From Lingula anatina (Eukaryota; Animalia; Brachiopoda), in the NCBI GenBank assembly GCA_051362555.1, contig CM120647.1, forward strand, positions 18,824,651 through 18,888,650: a DNA stretch of 64,000 bases. Direction: 5' to 3'. The notes below the pieces were generated by a model. The model saw nothing but the letters and a program-made list of their open reading frames with translations, searched no databases and was not told where the DNA came from. A program made the translations under genes and the position numbers. This document shows, piece after piece, positions 1 through 12,290 of the stretch. How positions within the stretch are numbered: the stretch's first letter is position 1; each line of letters begins with the position of its first letter.

Positions 1-1191
1 GTGTGAAGGCTCGAGTACTGAGACTAGAACCTGCACTGGGCCTTGTTGCCCAGGTAAGAAAATGTACCCTCCCATTCGCTCTCTCTCACTCTCTCTCTCT
101 CTCAGTAGAAGGTCACTTTCGAAAATTAGCATGTGTCTCACCGATTTTTAAAGTTATTATATTAAATCAATATTTTTGCGCATTTTGCATGCCATTGGGA
201 ACATTAAATATCCAAGGAAAGAATTAGAAATGTTAGATAAATAGATAAGTTTTGTTCTGAAAGTCTGGGCAAAGAATTAACATTCATTGGGACCAATTAT
301 TTAGTGATGATAATTGAATGAAAAAGTAATTACAAAGAAGTTTTTGTTCACAAATGTATAATTTCATCTCCAGTCGATGGCGGCTGGTGTCCATACGGAG
401 AATGGGGTGATTGCTCCGTTACTTGTGAAAATGGTACACAGACACGATCTAGAGCGTGCGAGTGTCCCGCAACCGAATGCGGTGGCTACGATTGTGAAGG
501 TTCGAGTACCGAGACTAGAACCTGTACTGGACCTTGTTGCCCAGGTAAGGAAATCTACCTCTCTCTGTCTCTCTTTAATAATGCAAAATGCTTTATTGCC
601 TGAACCAAGATCAGAGAGCACCGCAAGAGCTTACGCCCTCTCTTTGGTAAAAGACAATAAGAATTCCTTTAAAATTAGATTTGGTCGTAATTATTATCAA
701 TTGTTTTCCTCGTGAGTACAAGTAATTGTCTGTTATAAAACGAGAAAATGACTCAAGACCTCACGATATTTAACAAACAGACTCGCCATCGCCGATGGAA
801 GCATTACCTTCTTCTTTGGCAATGGCATGCTGATGCTTTTGTTCCAGTGGACGGTTATCTGAGTAACTGGTTGCCATGGTCTTCGTGTTCTGCTACCTGT
901 GGATTGCCAGGCACGGTGATTCGCTGGCGCACCAAGGAGTGTATATACCCCGACCCAGATTGTCCTGGGGAGGACTGTGGTGAACTTCCGGTGGAATATG
1001 AAAACTGCACCCAACAGCCTTGTTGTCTAATGATGAACGAATCAGAGAGTTCGCCTTCATTTGAACACGACAGTGGTAAATATTCTGAGTCATTCCACAT
1101 ATCTGAGAAGCACACATTTTGAGTACTTATACGCGAGTGTTTCATTATAAAATTACTGTTGATTTTTTCCGTATTTGGGGATTCCATAGTA

Positions 1192-1245
<54 letters not shown>

Positions 1246-2440
1246 AGGAAGATGTTGATAAGATGTAAATGTAACACAAAATGTGTATGACACTGATGTT
1301 TTTCAAATGTTCACTTTTTTTGTGGAATGTTCCAAGCCACCTGTTATGTTCAGTGGCGGATCCAGAGATATTTTCTGACAGTTTTCCACATTATCTTTGT
1401 TGCGCCATCCCCAATTTTGACCGTCTTCCGACAGAAAAAATTTAGATACCCTTCAATGTAAACTTGAAAATCAGTTCGTCTTCCGGAAGACCCAGAAGAA
1501 GGCCTAAATTCGCCCCTGATGTTTTAAAGTGCATTGTGTACTTCAAACAATATACTGATCCAGCACAAGCTTGCACAAGAGATACTAATGTTGTAAATCC
1601 AACCCAATGAGAATTTTCATTCTATATCCATAAGAATATACTGTATATAACACAAAAATATAAGGTGCCTTCTCTTATGTACTGATTTGTATTTACAGTG
1701 TGATTTTATTTTATTAATTTTTTAGGAAATAGGCTTCACGATATTCGGGTGAATTTTAGGGGTGCTAACACATTTGACAAGTACGTCACCTTTAGGTGTG
1801 GGATTGTACTGATCGAAAGTATCGAAAACTACGGTAAGATGAGAATTTGTTATTCGTTTTATCCTTGTCATTTTTTATGTACAGACACAGGTGTGTACAT
1901 ACCGTTAGAGCAATTACTTCGTCTGTCGTCCCCGAAAAATTAAAAATAGCAACTGCAGCAAAAACCAATCTTGTTATAAAACAAAAAGAATCAGATGTAC
2001 TTATCAGATTAAAACAACAAAACCATAAGCAAAAATTGAAAAACAAAAATAAAATTTATTTGTCAACTGGTCTGCGACAACTGATCGAATGAACAACTAT
2101 CGTAACTTACCCATAATTCTTACCAATAGCACAGCTAACACAATATATACAGTGTCGCCCCCTAGGAGAAAATAATTCCATTCTTATTTACTTCGCACAA
2201 CCGAATAGAATTATATTTGTGAAAAGTACGAAAAATCCAGAAAAGTAATCAGCAATATATTTTTTAAATTTTGTGTTGGATAATATTCCAGATGAGACCT
2301 ATGTTGCTGCAGTGCAGGCTTCTGTGACAGAAGAATGCGTCGACTATTTATCTCCAGTCTGTCACGTGACAATTCCTGCTCCTTACGGCTGCCCTTGCGT
2401 CGTTATGATAAACTACACGTGTTGCGATGCCTTATACTAA
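1..2440 (+). CDS. 3' part of a thrombospondin type-1 (TSP1/TSR) repeat protein with an uncharacterised Cys-rich C-terminal domain; gene starts upstream of the window
   Basis: GT-AG exons <1-53, 374-544, 848-1075, 1726-1833 and 2292-2440 (TAA), all with phase-1 junctions that keep one frame. Exon 374-544 reads VDGGWCPYGEWGDCSVTCENGTQTRSRACECPATECGGYDCEGSSTETRTCTGPCCP (W..W..CSVTC..G.QTR.R.C TSR motif). Exon 848 starts VDGYLSNWLPWSSCSATC. Possible 3'UTR intron 2450-2692. Confidence 0.85.
1192..1244 (+). repeat. genomic poly(A) tract of about 53 nt
   Basis: Uninterrupted A run inside the intron after exon 848-1075. Confidence 0.9.
1351..1518. mobile_element. short MITE-like element with CAG...CTG ends (hAT-like termini)
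   Basis: Left end cagtggcggatcc and right end aattcgcccctg are imperfect inverted repeats. No clean target-site duplication seen. Confidence 0.45.
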
Positions 2441-4432
2441 GTGATAAAGGTAAAATAAGTCAATTGTTAGCGCTAAACACCTGATAATTTGATGAACAAT
2501 CGTGACTTGTGGATAATCTTTCGTGAATCTTAATGTACGTCATGATTTACATTTTTAAGTAGGGTTTCCTTTGTCTCCAGGTAGCCTTAATAATATATTC
2601 TTTTTGGACACTTTTTTCATGATTGTTACATTTTTGATAATTTGACTTTTGTAACACAAAATGCATTTTTAATTTTTTCTTTATTCTTATAGGAAAATTA
2701 GGGACGAAGAACACCAAGACTTGGATAATGTTGAATGAAAAACGGACTCTGACAAGAATCAATCCTTTGAATGTGTTTTACGCAGAATATATATTACAGT
2801 TTATTCACAGTATATATGTTAGTGGTATGGTTAAAAAAATAAAAAAAATCATTAAACAATGGGAAAAGCTGTCGCGTCTTGCTTGAATATTATTGTAATA
2901 CAAAATACTTATTTCAGTTTTCCTCTCAACTTTGCTCAAAACTGACACATATCTTGGTTGTGTCATTGTGTACACATTCCAGTTTTTTTATATTGTTATA
3001 TTGCAGTGGGGTGTATTGTTATTATATCTACGTGTTCTTTTTAGTAAACTACTGCAAATTGGATTGTTAACTTTTAATTACTACGGTGGTGTGATGTTTT
3101 AATTCAAATAATAATGTAATTTGGTTATTTTGATTATATGATAAATAGGCCTGATGGCTTTACGTGGGGGTTCATGATATATCACTTTTATTTTGAAGTC
3201 CATATTAGGTTTTGCTTGTAGTGTGAATTAATAAGACTTAATCGTTGGCATGTACTCAATTCCCTTATCTTACTCTTTTGAGATGTGGGTGGTCAAATAT
3301 TGCTGTAATCGGGTATCTTACTTTACGCAAATAAAACTGTCGCAAATGCTATAGATTGGTTGTTAGTTTTCATTTCTTTTTGGTAACTGTCTGTTTGTAA
3401 GACTTAAAGGTGGTCGATACAGGATTTTTACATCAAATCTAATTTTCGTAGAGAAAAAATTATTTTCCCTTAACTAGCGACTCATTGTTTGACTTATCCC
3501 AGCACTGGGATCCAGTGCTTTGTACCACATCAAATAACTTATAAGTAGTAATAAACGAAGCATGCTTCACTTAGAATGTAATGTGTCTTCGTATTCCAGA
3601 AGGACTTATCCGCATCTGTTACTTATCATAGTGTGAGATTTTTGGTTTTAAGAGCAGATATCTGTAAGAATCACAAATGGATGGCCGGGGAACAAAATGA
3701 AATTAGTAACTGTCCGAGGGGGGATCCATGTCGAATAACGTGTAATTGTCCCTTAATGCAAAAATGTTTTCACGCTGTTGCATAATGTGAAATTTCCATT
3801 ACACTTAATAGTGTCGTAACACAATCAAAATGTCATATTATATATTCACAGTAACCTTCATTGTAGTTAAAACATGGATGGAAACATTAAAACACAGGCT
3901 TCTTTATATACACACAAAACATTATATACATGTTCAAATCTACTACAGAGCGAATTCTCAAAAATAAGCTCATAGGTCCTTCTGTGTCCTCTTAAAATCC
4001 CATTTCAACAGACATACAGAGTTGTATTTTTTAATCATTTTCTTCGAATTTTCCATTTATTCCGAGTTATAAAAAAAATGAAATCGCGTTTTATAAATTT
4101 TAATAATCTCATCAGTCATCTGAGTCATCATAAGTTCCTTTCCTGCAATTGATAAAAAAGAGGATTACAAAAACACGGGTTTGATTTAAAATCGTAAATC
4201 AATTATTAAATGCATCATTTGGAGCGCAACGTTTTACATAAATTATCAAACTGTTAAAGAGTGACAGGCTTAACAAATTACAATCATATCAATGCCCAGT
4301 CAACAACAAGTGTGCAGATCAAATGTGTTTGCCTTTTTGTTTGGCACATCACAACTCGATGCATCATAATTTACATTTTCATATACTGAAGTAGCTAGCT
4401 CTCAAGCTGTGTGGCATTTATTCTGGCAGGAA

Positions 4433-4518
4433 CCCAGCAAACACGTCATGTTCGGATCACGTGGCCAGCACGTTGCCACGTCATAGCCACGTGATCCGAC
4501 AGTGATGTGTTTGCTGGG
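4433..4518. mobile_element. palindromic MITE (cccagcaaacac family)
   Basis: Terminal inverted repeat cccagcaaacac/gtgtttgctggg with inner arms tcggatcacgtggc/gccacgtgatccga. A degenerate relative lies at about 30841-30945. Confidence 0.75.
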
Positions 4519-6105
4519 AATAACATTCCAGACAGAGAGGTCGGAGTTTGCATATAAGTTGATTTGGTTTTGACATACATGTAGGTCCAGCAGACTGACA
4601 AATCAGACTCACCAGACCCTTAGCCAGCAATTTCAAAGGGGAGGGGGTATTTTTCTGAAAACGTGGACCTTTTATCGCGATATTAAAAAAAAGTGTCGAG
4701 TTTTATTGAAGGAAAACAAATGCGTTTATTTTTAAATAAACATTTAATTTGCGTAAAAATTTGAACACAACATTTCATAAGTTAAAAGAGCCATTATAAT
4801 AATAATGACTACAATATAAAAAAATCAAATTTCAAGAAATCTAATTTTGACAGCACATGAAATGATATCAAATATCACAGGGCGAATATAAAAAAAATCA
4901 CTCACTAGTAGGTCCTACAAAAATCTATCTGCAACTGCCATCATATCATCTAAAAACAGAAAAAAATGTTATCAAAAGGAGCAAAAGAGAAGCACTACCT
5001 CAATATTGTAAAATTAATTCAACATTGCAAAATACAAACTGGCACGATGTTAAAAGAAGATATATATCACTAATAAAAATTGATAAATCAAACCTGATAT
5101 GTTTTCAGTAAAAAGATAATAATTCCAAAACATTTTCAAGACGTTTAACTCCTGAGTAACTTAATTCCTAAATGACAAAATGTTTTGTACTTCCTGATCT
5201 ACAATAAATATCACATAAGAAAGAGAAATCACTGCATTTAAATGGATTACTCATTACAAGCGCAATGCTAAAACCTGAGTTTTGCCTTATCATTCAAGAT
5301 GATGCAGCAATGCAGTATACACTGTAGCAATATATGCAGAGTAACTGAATACAACATGTATGCTGTGAAACACAGTGTAAAACAAAATAGTAAAATTCAA
5401 CTGTCTCAGTAATGGACCTCATTCCCCCACACACTGACTTTGTTTTTGATGTTTCCTTACATCTACTGCAGGTGGCTCATTTTCTGCAGTATAAAACAAA
5501 AACACATTCTTTTATTATTTACTTTACAAATAAATCGTGCATGTCTATTTAAATAAACATAATTTTGCCTCGTGTTTTATCAACACATTTTGGAAGTAAG
5601 GAATTTTTTCTTCAGTGGCATCTACTGTTGTACTTTAATAAAAAATAACAAGGTACTGTTTCATTCAGAAAAAAAATCGGGTCCCTTAAGCGGCCTCCGA
5701 TACCGACGCCAAAGTGGGCCAGACTCGGTTTTGTATCTGGAGTTGGTCAAACTTAAAAATGGATCTTTCAATAGTCTTTGCTATGCGCCTGCTTTGTCAC
5801 TCTCTGGCCTCAGTTTCTAGCCACTGGTATCATTATGATCTCTTGTCTATTTTTAGTTATTGTAGAGGGCAGCACTGTACTACAGGCACACGTGTTTGCT
5901 TATCGCTAACTCGAGGCAGGTCATATCGATAATCTCCTTCTGAGGACATGGGGGGCATGCAAGGTCACACTATACATTGTAGATATGAAGGCTTCATTCC
6001 GACTCTGGTAGTTCAGACAAATTAACAGGTAAAAAGCAGGTTAAATCCAAATCATCGCGCAAAGTTAAGGTGCACCTACACTGTACAGTGTATATTACTA
6101 CCAAC

Positions 6106-6106
<1 letters not shown>

Positions 6107-6141
<35 letters not shown>
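6107..6141. repeat. (TG)n microsatellite
   Basis: Direct reading. Confidence 0.95.
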
Positions 6142-6145
<4 letters not shown>

Positions 6146-6396
6146 CAGTGGCATAGGTTTGCCTCCTTCCCTCAGAGTAAATAATGAACTGGGTTGGACT
6201 TGTAACTAGACCGTTTTTAACACTCGTGGTGTGAAATGCGTATTTAATAGCTATTTCAAAGTCATCCTACAGCCACTGCGTTGCTTCACACGTGTCAGTT
6301 CAGCTCTAGGACTGTGTGAAATAAACATGTTGACCATGGACTCCATAAGCGGCTGTCATTGAAAATGACATTCGCAGACCCTATCGTACTAGCTGT

Positions 6397-6489
6397 GGAT
6401 CGATCTATCTCTGAGGAGATCTCGCTAAATTGCAATAAACTTAAGCTGAAAGCAATTTAGCGAGAAACCCGAAGGAGATGGATCGATCC
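6397..6489. mobile_element. foldback/MITE-like inverted repeat
   Basis: ggatcgatc...ctcgctaaattgc pairs with gcaatttagcgag...gatcgatcc. Same family as 6712-6907 and about 26003-26090. Confidence 0.65.
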
Positions 6490-6711
6490 TGTTAGACCGA
6501 TCTAGGCATGGGAACCCAGTGTTAGACTATTGTGGAATAATGGCTCGGAATAAAACACGTTTACATTACGCGCGGGTAACCATAGGTTAAAAAGTTTATC
6601 GGTTGTAAAGTAATCGTACCAAGTCGGTTTAATCTCAGAGCAGTTGCCGCGCGCCTTCCTCCCGTCTTTCCTGAATCTTAGACTGAGTTCTCATACATAG
6701 ATCCATCCATC

Positions 6712-6907
6712 TGGATCGACCTAACTCCCTGGGGAGTCTCACTAAATTGCCAGCAAATAACCGGCTTATATGTCTGTCACGCCTACCGAATCACCTAAGG
6801 GGTAAAGATAACTACTCCTAAACACCTTTACTGGGCGTGACAGATATTTAAGCCGGTCAAGTTGACAACAATTAAGTGAGACTCCCCATGGAGATAAATC
6901 GATCCAA
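6712..6907. mobile_element. foldback/MITE with nested inverted repeats
   Basis: Outer arms tggatcga..ggggagtctcact / agtgagactcccc..tcgatcca; inner arms accggctta..tctgtcacgcc / ggcgtgacaga..taagccggt. Confidence 0.7.
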
Positions 6908-7242
6908 ATAACTGTGGGAATGGTCCTTTAGTCTCTACGACTTAAGGCACCCCTGTGGTCAGAATGAGAAAACGCACAATTTCAAACTTTTCAAACTCGT
7001 GCCTTGTACGAAAATGCTACGGCCTACGGACTTACGATTTTCAAAATTTATCAAAATCGTAGAAGCTACAGAGGCCTAATATGAAGAAGGGATTGGCCTC
7101 GACAATTTAAAGGAATGGTTAGATTTTTTGCCATTGTATAGTAAATTCCAATCCCAGTTACTGTAATTCTAATGCACAATTGATTTGCGTCTTTTTGTGA
7201 TTCAGCTACCATTCTTCGCACGTACTAGCCGCAAACTTTTGT

Positions 7243-7482
7243 ACACACACTGGACAATAGAAGTGTCACCCCCTGAATCAGAGTAATCAAATTTATTAAC
7301 CTGAAGAGGCGGAATATAAGCAATGTCAGAATATCGATGCAGTTGAATTATTCAGTCAGAACCGTTTCTTTTGTGAAATTGATGTTATTAAAATGATACC
7401 AGGAGTATATCATTCCACAGTCATTTATCTCCCCCAAAATATTGATTCAGTAGGGGTGACACTTCTATTGTCCAGTGTGTGT
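7243..7482. mobile_element. MITE with about 29-bp perfect TIRs (Tc1/mariner-like)
   Basis: acacacactggacaatagaagtgtcacccc at the left end is the reverse complement of ggggtgacacttctattgtccagtgtgtgt at the right end. Superfamily is inferred. Confidence 0.8.
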
Positions 7483-9348
7483 TGTACATGTAGTAGTATA
7501 ACTACTCTTTGAACACAGAATCCGCCAGCATTCTGTTATGAAATATTCAATGGCTGACAGTGTAGTTTTGTATTCTATTTCAGTAATACAAAAGTGGAAG
7601 TATTTGTTAAACTAAAGAATTGCGTATAATGGAAAATTTGTCTCATTTGTGTCTCTATGGCATATAATAATTTAAGATATCCCACAGGTTAGTTAAATAA
7701 TGTAAGCGATCTTTCTGAGGCTTGTGATCGATACTTATGTCTTCGTATAATTTATAAATGCTTCAAATATTTTCATATTTACATGTATCTAGCCAAATGC
7801 AACATGGAAGGAACGAAGTTAAATGGGGAAAGTTCGAGCGACGACCCCAAGGACTTTGACGACATTCTTGTACTGATCGGGGAGTTCGGAACCTTTCAGA
7901 GATTAATTTACGCTTTACTGGCGTTAGCCTGTATGTTGCTCAGTGTCATTTACGTCGCAGTTGTTTTCATAGAGGAAACCCCTGGCCACAGGTAGGATTA
8001 TGATGGTATAAAATATGATGTGCTGTATAGATAAGAAAATGGTTACCTTTTTACTATGACATACGAATATCAAATAAACTTTGATTCACGAAAAAAAAAA
8101 TAACAATAAAAATAAAAAATAAAAAAATAAAAAAAAATTAATTAAATTGATTAAATAAAAAAGAAACAGAGGCAAAAGGAATGAAGTGGATATATGAGGG
8201 GCTATAAATTGTGAAACGTGTATTTATATTCGACAGGTAAACAAGTTTCGAATGACCCAAATCCATATCTCTATGCTGGATATCCCTCAAAGCTTCTTTT
8301 CTGTTCCAATTCAGCCCTTAAAATGACAATTAACATCCCTCCTGGGGATATTTTACTTTGAATCGCCAGGAATACGAATTGCCGTCTAAATAAAATAGGA
8401 TTAGTTTAGAACTAAGCTAATTAGTTAGAAATGATAAGATATATTGCATCTACATGTAAGTGCAGAATTAAATTTAAATAAAAATCATAACCTCGTTTTG
8501 GAGGAAAAATGAATCTGATTCCAAAGTAAACGTGAACTATCAAAGTGTTTAATTCAAGATGCAAAATCCCTGGGCTTTTGAATGATACAAACAACGTTTC
8601 TATACCGAAAGAAACTGGAGTTGCGACACAGCAGTGCACATTTATACAAAATGTCAGCCACCAGGGGGACTACAGTCAAGACAAGACGGAACCGGAGCCA
8701 TGCACGGAATGGGTGTTCGATACATCAACTGTAACATATTCTTACCCAATGCAGGTACCTGCATTTTTATTATTATATTTCTTTTATCATTTGCTTTCAA
8801 ACAAGAAATTGAGCCCAAAGACTGACTTCAAACTTTGCGTAAAACAGTAATCTTGTCAGTACCTGGTTTTTTTTTTTTTTTGGGGGGGGGGGGGGCGGTG
8901 GGCTATAAAGCGTGTGACACACATGTGACAGTAACAGAATGTATTCACAGCTTAATTCTTAAAACAATAATTATCTTACACGAAAATGTATTTTTCCTTT
9001 CTAGTTTGGCCTCATTTGTACCGATTCTTTAAAACTGACTCAGTCTCACATAATGTTAATCGCCGGGTCGATCGCGGGTGCCCCAGTTTTTGGATCCATA
9101 TCTGATAGGTAGGTTATCATTTATATTTATCTAATGTTATGAAAGTTCATAAAAATAAATCTTAAAATTTCAAATTTTCCTCCGACTGATTACATGTTTT
9201 CTTTACTGTGGTCAAGAAGCGGAAATGACGAGACTGGTCGATATTATGGCTGGTGATTACGACGGAGGTGAACATTAACTTTCACAATTGCTCAGATGTA
9301 AGATTATATTTATGCGAGTTATAATGCATTTAAGTACGAAATATTGGC

Positions 9349-9379
<31 letters not shown>

Positions 9380-9933
9380 GTAAAGATGGATTACCTTCTT
9401 CTGTATTTCACTTCAGTTTAGGCAGACGGTTTTCGTTGCTGCTTTCTCTGAGTGTTAGCAGTGTCTTGGGACTGGCGTGGGCACTGACACCCTCATATCT
9501 ATGGGACATCATAATAAGGTTTGTCTACGGTGTGACGTCAGCGACAATTAACAGTGTGGGAACCACGGCTGGTAAGTTTGAAGGCAAACTTTGTGTATTG
9601 AACTTCACTGAAACAATAATAATAATAATAATTAATTCCTAAAAATTCAGATTTTTCCCCCCAAAAATGTGAGGAATTCACCACCTGGAGACCTTTTCCA
9701 TTTTTTAATTTCCATTGCATAACCAGAATATTTTTTCCTGTATAAAGATTTTAGGTCCATTGTGTAGCTCGACGACCTCATGTTTGTGATGACCCATGTA
9801 TGTGGCTGTATGACTCCAATAAGACATTCAAAAGAAGGCTGAATTTCTTTTGTGGCAAAAACTACAAAAATTGAAATATTTGATAATGGGATCGAGAATG
9901 TGAATTAAATCCTTTTCCTGTCAAATTCAAAGA

Positions 9934-9972
<39 letters not shown>

Positions 9973-11119
9973 ATCTGAATAAAGTGGTTTAGCTGGCAAA
10001 AAAATCGCTCATATTTATTTGACACTGCGTTACATACAGGAAGATAAGGCGTAATTTCTGCAAATTTATTTATCTTGTCCACTACACTTGACCTGCTGCT
10101 GTTAAAACCATCCACATTTCCAGGCTTAGAAATCGAGGCCCTGAAAAGCGTATGCTGGCTGGAACTGGTTTGGCTTATGTGTATGCAGCGGGCGGGGTGG
10201 TAGTAACGGGAATGGCTTACTTCCTAAGAGACTGGCGCCATCTACAGATCACGATATCAGCGCTACTATTTCTATAAGCCTTTACTCTTTTTTGGTACGT
10301 CAAACTTGTATTATTTGAAGTATTGGTTTTATCCTTTTTTATTTGATAACAAATTGCAAATTTACTTGTTGAATCATACGGAGAAGCAAAACCATATCTA
10401 CATGTATGGGATCTCTTTTCTATTCATCGGAGACCAGAAAAAAACAAGGTCAGGGCTATGCGTGGTATTTGTCTTGAAGAGACCGTTGTTGTGTTGGCAG
10501 ATAGCCTTTTTCAGCTAATTGTATTGCCACGTCTCTCACACAAACACGCACACACACGCGCGCGCGCGCGCTCACGCACTTGCACGCAATTTCCCGATCT
10601 TTTAATATTTTCCAAGGTGCCTCCCGGAGTCGCCCAGGTGGTTACTTACCAAAGGCCGAAAGAAAATTGCTGAGAAAATATTAAGACGAACAGCAAGAAT
10701 TAACGGCACCGAGTTCCCAGAAGGACTTGTAGAAAAGGTGGAAATCAAGAAACCCCCCATCTACGAGTGCCAGAGCTCTATTACATGCACCAAACGTGAT
10801 GATAAAGCTGCTGCTACTAATCGTTAATTGGTATGTGAAATACAAGCAGTTATCCCTACGTAGAATACATATTTAAATGGATAAGTACGTGCCAATGAAC
10901 ACTAATAAATACTAGTACATGAATAAGTTAGTTCATATGACATAAGATATTAAGGAGAACAAAATAATGAAATGACAAATAAAATAGACAAATACATCAA
11001 GGAATGAGGCTACTGCAATTATTCCTGGTCCCAGTTTCACATAAAAACGAAAGTCAGTTCCAGTGACTAACATCTTTGTTGGCAACGTTACCTTGTCACA
11101 TGCACAGTGATTTCTGTAA

Positions 11120-11324
11120 TAATTGCGTATGAGACTATTACAGAGAAAAGCCATCCATCTATGGAGATCACGTGGTCCGACAAGCACCGACAAGCACCTA
11201 TTGCAGAATAATTACTATAACTGCTGTTTTTGTGGTAAAATAGAATAAATTACATTTCTATGAGTTGTTTACAATGCATTTATTGAGAAGTATAGATCTC
11301 ATTCGAAGAGTTACTATCCCTTAA
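11120..11324. mobile_element. partial copy of a TTAA-ended non-autonomous DNA element (Kolobok-like)
   Basis: Shares tcacgtggtccga..caagc, gtttttgtggtaaaa.agaat and ctcat.c.aagagtt..tatcccttaa with the copies at 35635, 39544 and 57955. Confidence 0.65.
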
Positions 11325-12051
11325 TATGTTGGAATGCCAATACCAGTAGCTTTGGGTTTGAGCTGTTGTTCGAATAATCTATCAATATTTCAGGATCGTA
11401 ATCGACATGGCGTACTATGGTATCTTCCTCCATGCCGGAAACATGTCAGGGAACCTGTACCTCAACGTGCTGTTTTACTCCCTGGTGGAGTTTCCAGCGT
11501 GTGCGCTATGTTTTACCATCGATAAATTCGGACGAAAGCGGCCTTATGTTATGTGTATGGTCATTGGCGGCCTTTCGTGTCTTTCAACTCTGCTGGTGCA
11601 ATATTATGCAAGTGATGGTAAGGAAAGAGTTAAAAAGTTAAAACTTTAGATATAATACAGGTAATTGTGGAGAAGCAAGAGTGAATTTCATATAAACAAT
11701 TACGTATTGATACAGTTACTTTCAGTAATCAAGGATTCATATTTTTGATTGATATTTAGCAGGTACCGGTACCAAACGGTCCCCTTTCTTTTATAACAAA
11801 AATTCTATTTCAGAACTAGAATCTACAAAGTACACAAAAATTGCATTATCAGTCGTGGGAAAACTGGGAGTGTCCGCCGCCTACTGTATCTTGTATATCT
11901 GGAGCATCGAAATATTCCCAACCGTCATCCGTAATTTCTGTTTGGGTGTGGGAGCCGTGTTCGCTGGCGTCGGATCAATCTTGTCTCCCATCATTGTAGT
12001 AAGTATATTATGGATTAGGTCCCAAATCTGAGGAAGATTTTTATACACATG

Positions 12052-12290
12052 ACTGACTGGATGGCTCAAATGGTGCTCGCCTCCGGTGCAGTAGGTTGTG
12101 GGTTCAATCCCCGGCCGGGTCATACCAAAGACCATCATAAAAATGGTACCTACTGTGTCCTTGCTTAGCACTCAGCATATCAAGGTTCAAGTAGGGAATA
12201 AAGCCAGTACTGTTGAAGGACTGGTAACAGAGGGCCATGTGGAAGATAAACGCTTAACATGTTTACCCTCTTTAATTAAAGTTTAAAAAA
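12052..12290 (+). mobile_element. tRNA-derived SINE
   Basis: A-box-like tggctcaaatgg and B-box-like ggttcaatccc, a central ggtcataccaaagac..aaaaatggtacc..tgcttagcactcagca segment (resembles the Meta-SINE core, from memory) and an A-rich 3' end. Lies in an intron of the SLC22 pseudogene. Confidence 0.75.

Noticed and set aside
1122-1244. Stop at 1122 followed by poly(A), suggesting a processed retrocopy or the true gene end
   Set aside because: The gene has introns, no clear AATAAA precedes the A tract, and in-frame downstream exons exist.
12052-12125. Possible tRNA gene
   Set aside because: A and B boxes are present but there is no complete cloverleaf, and the sequence continues into a SINE body and A-rich tail.
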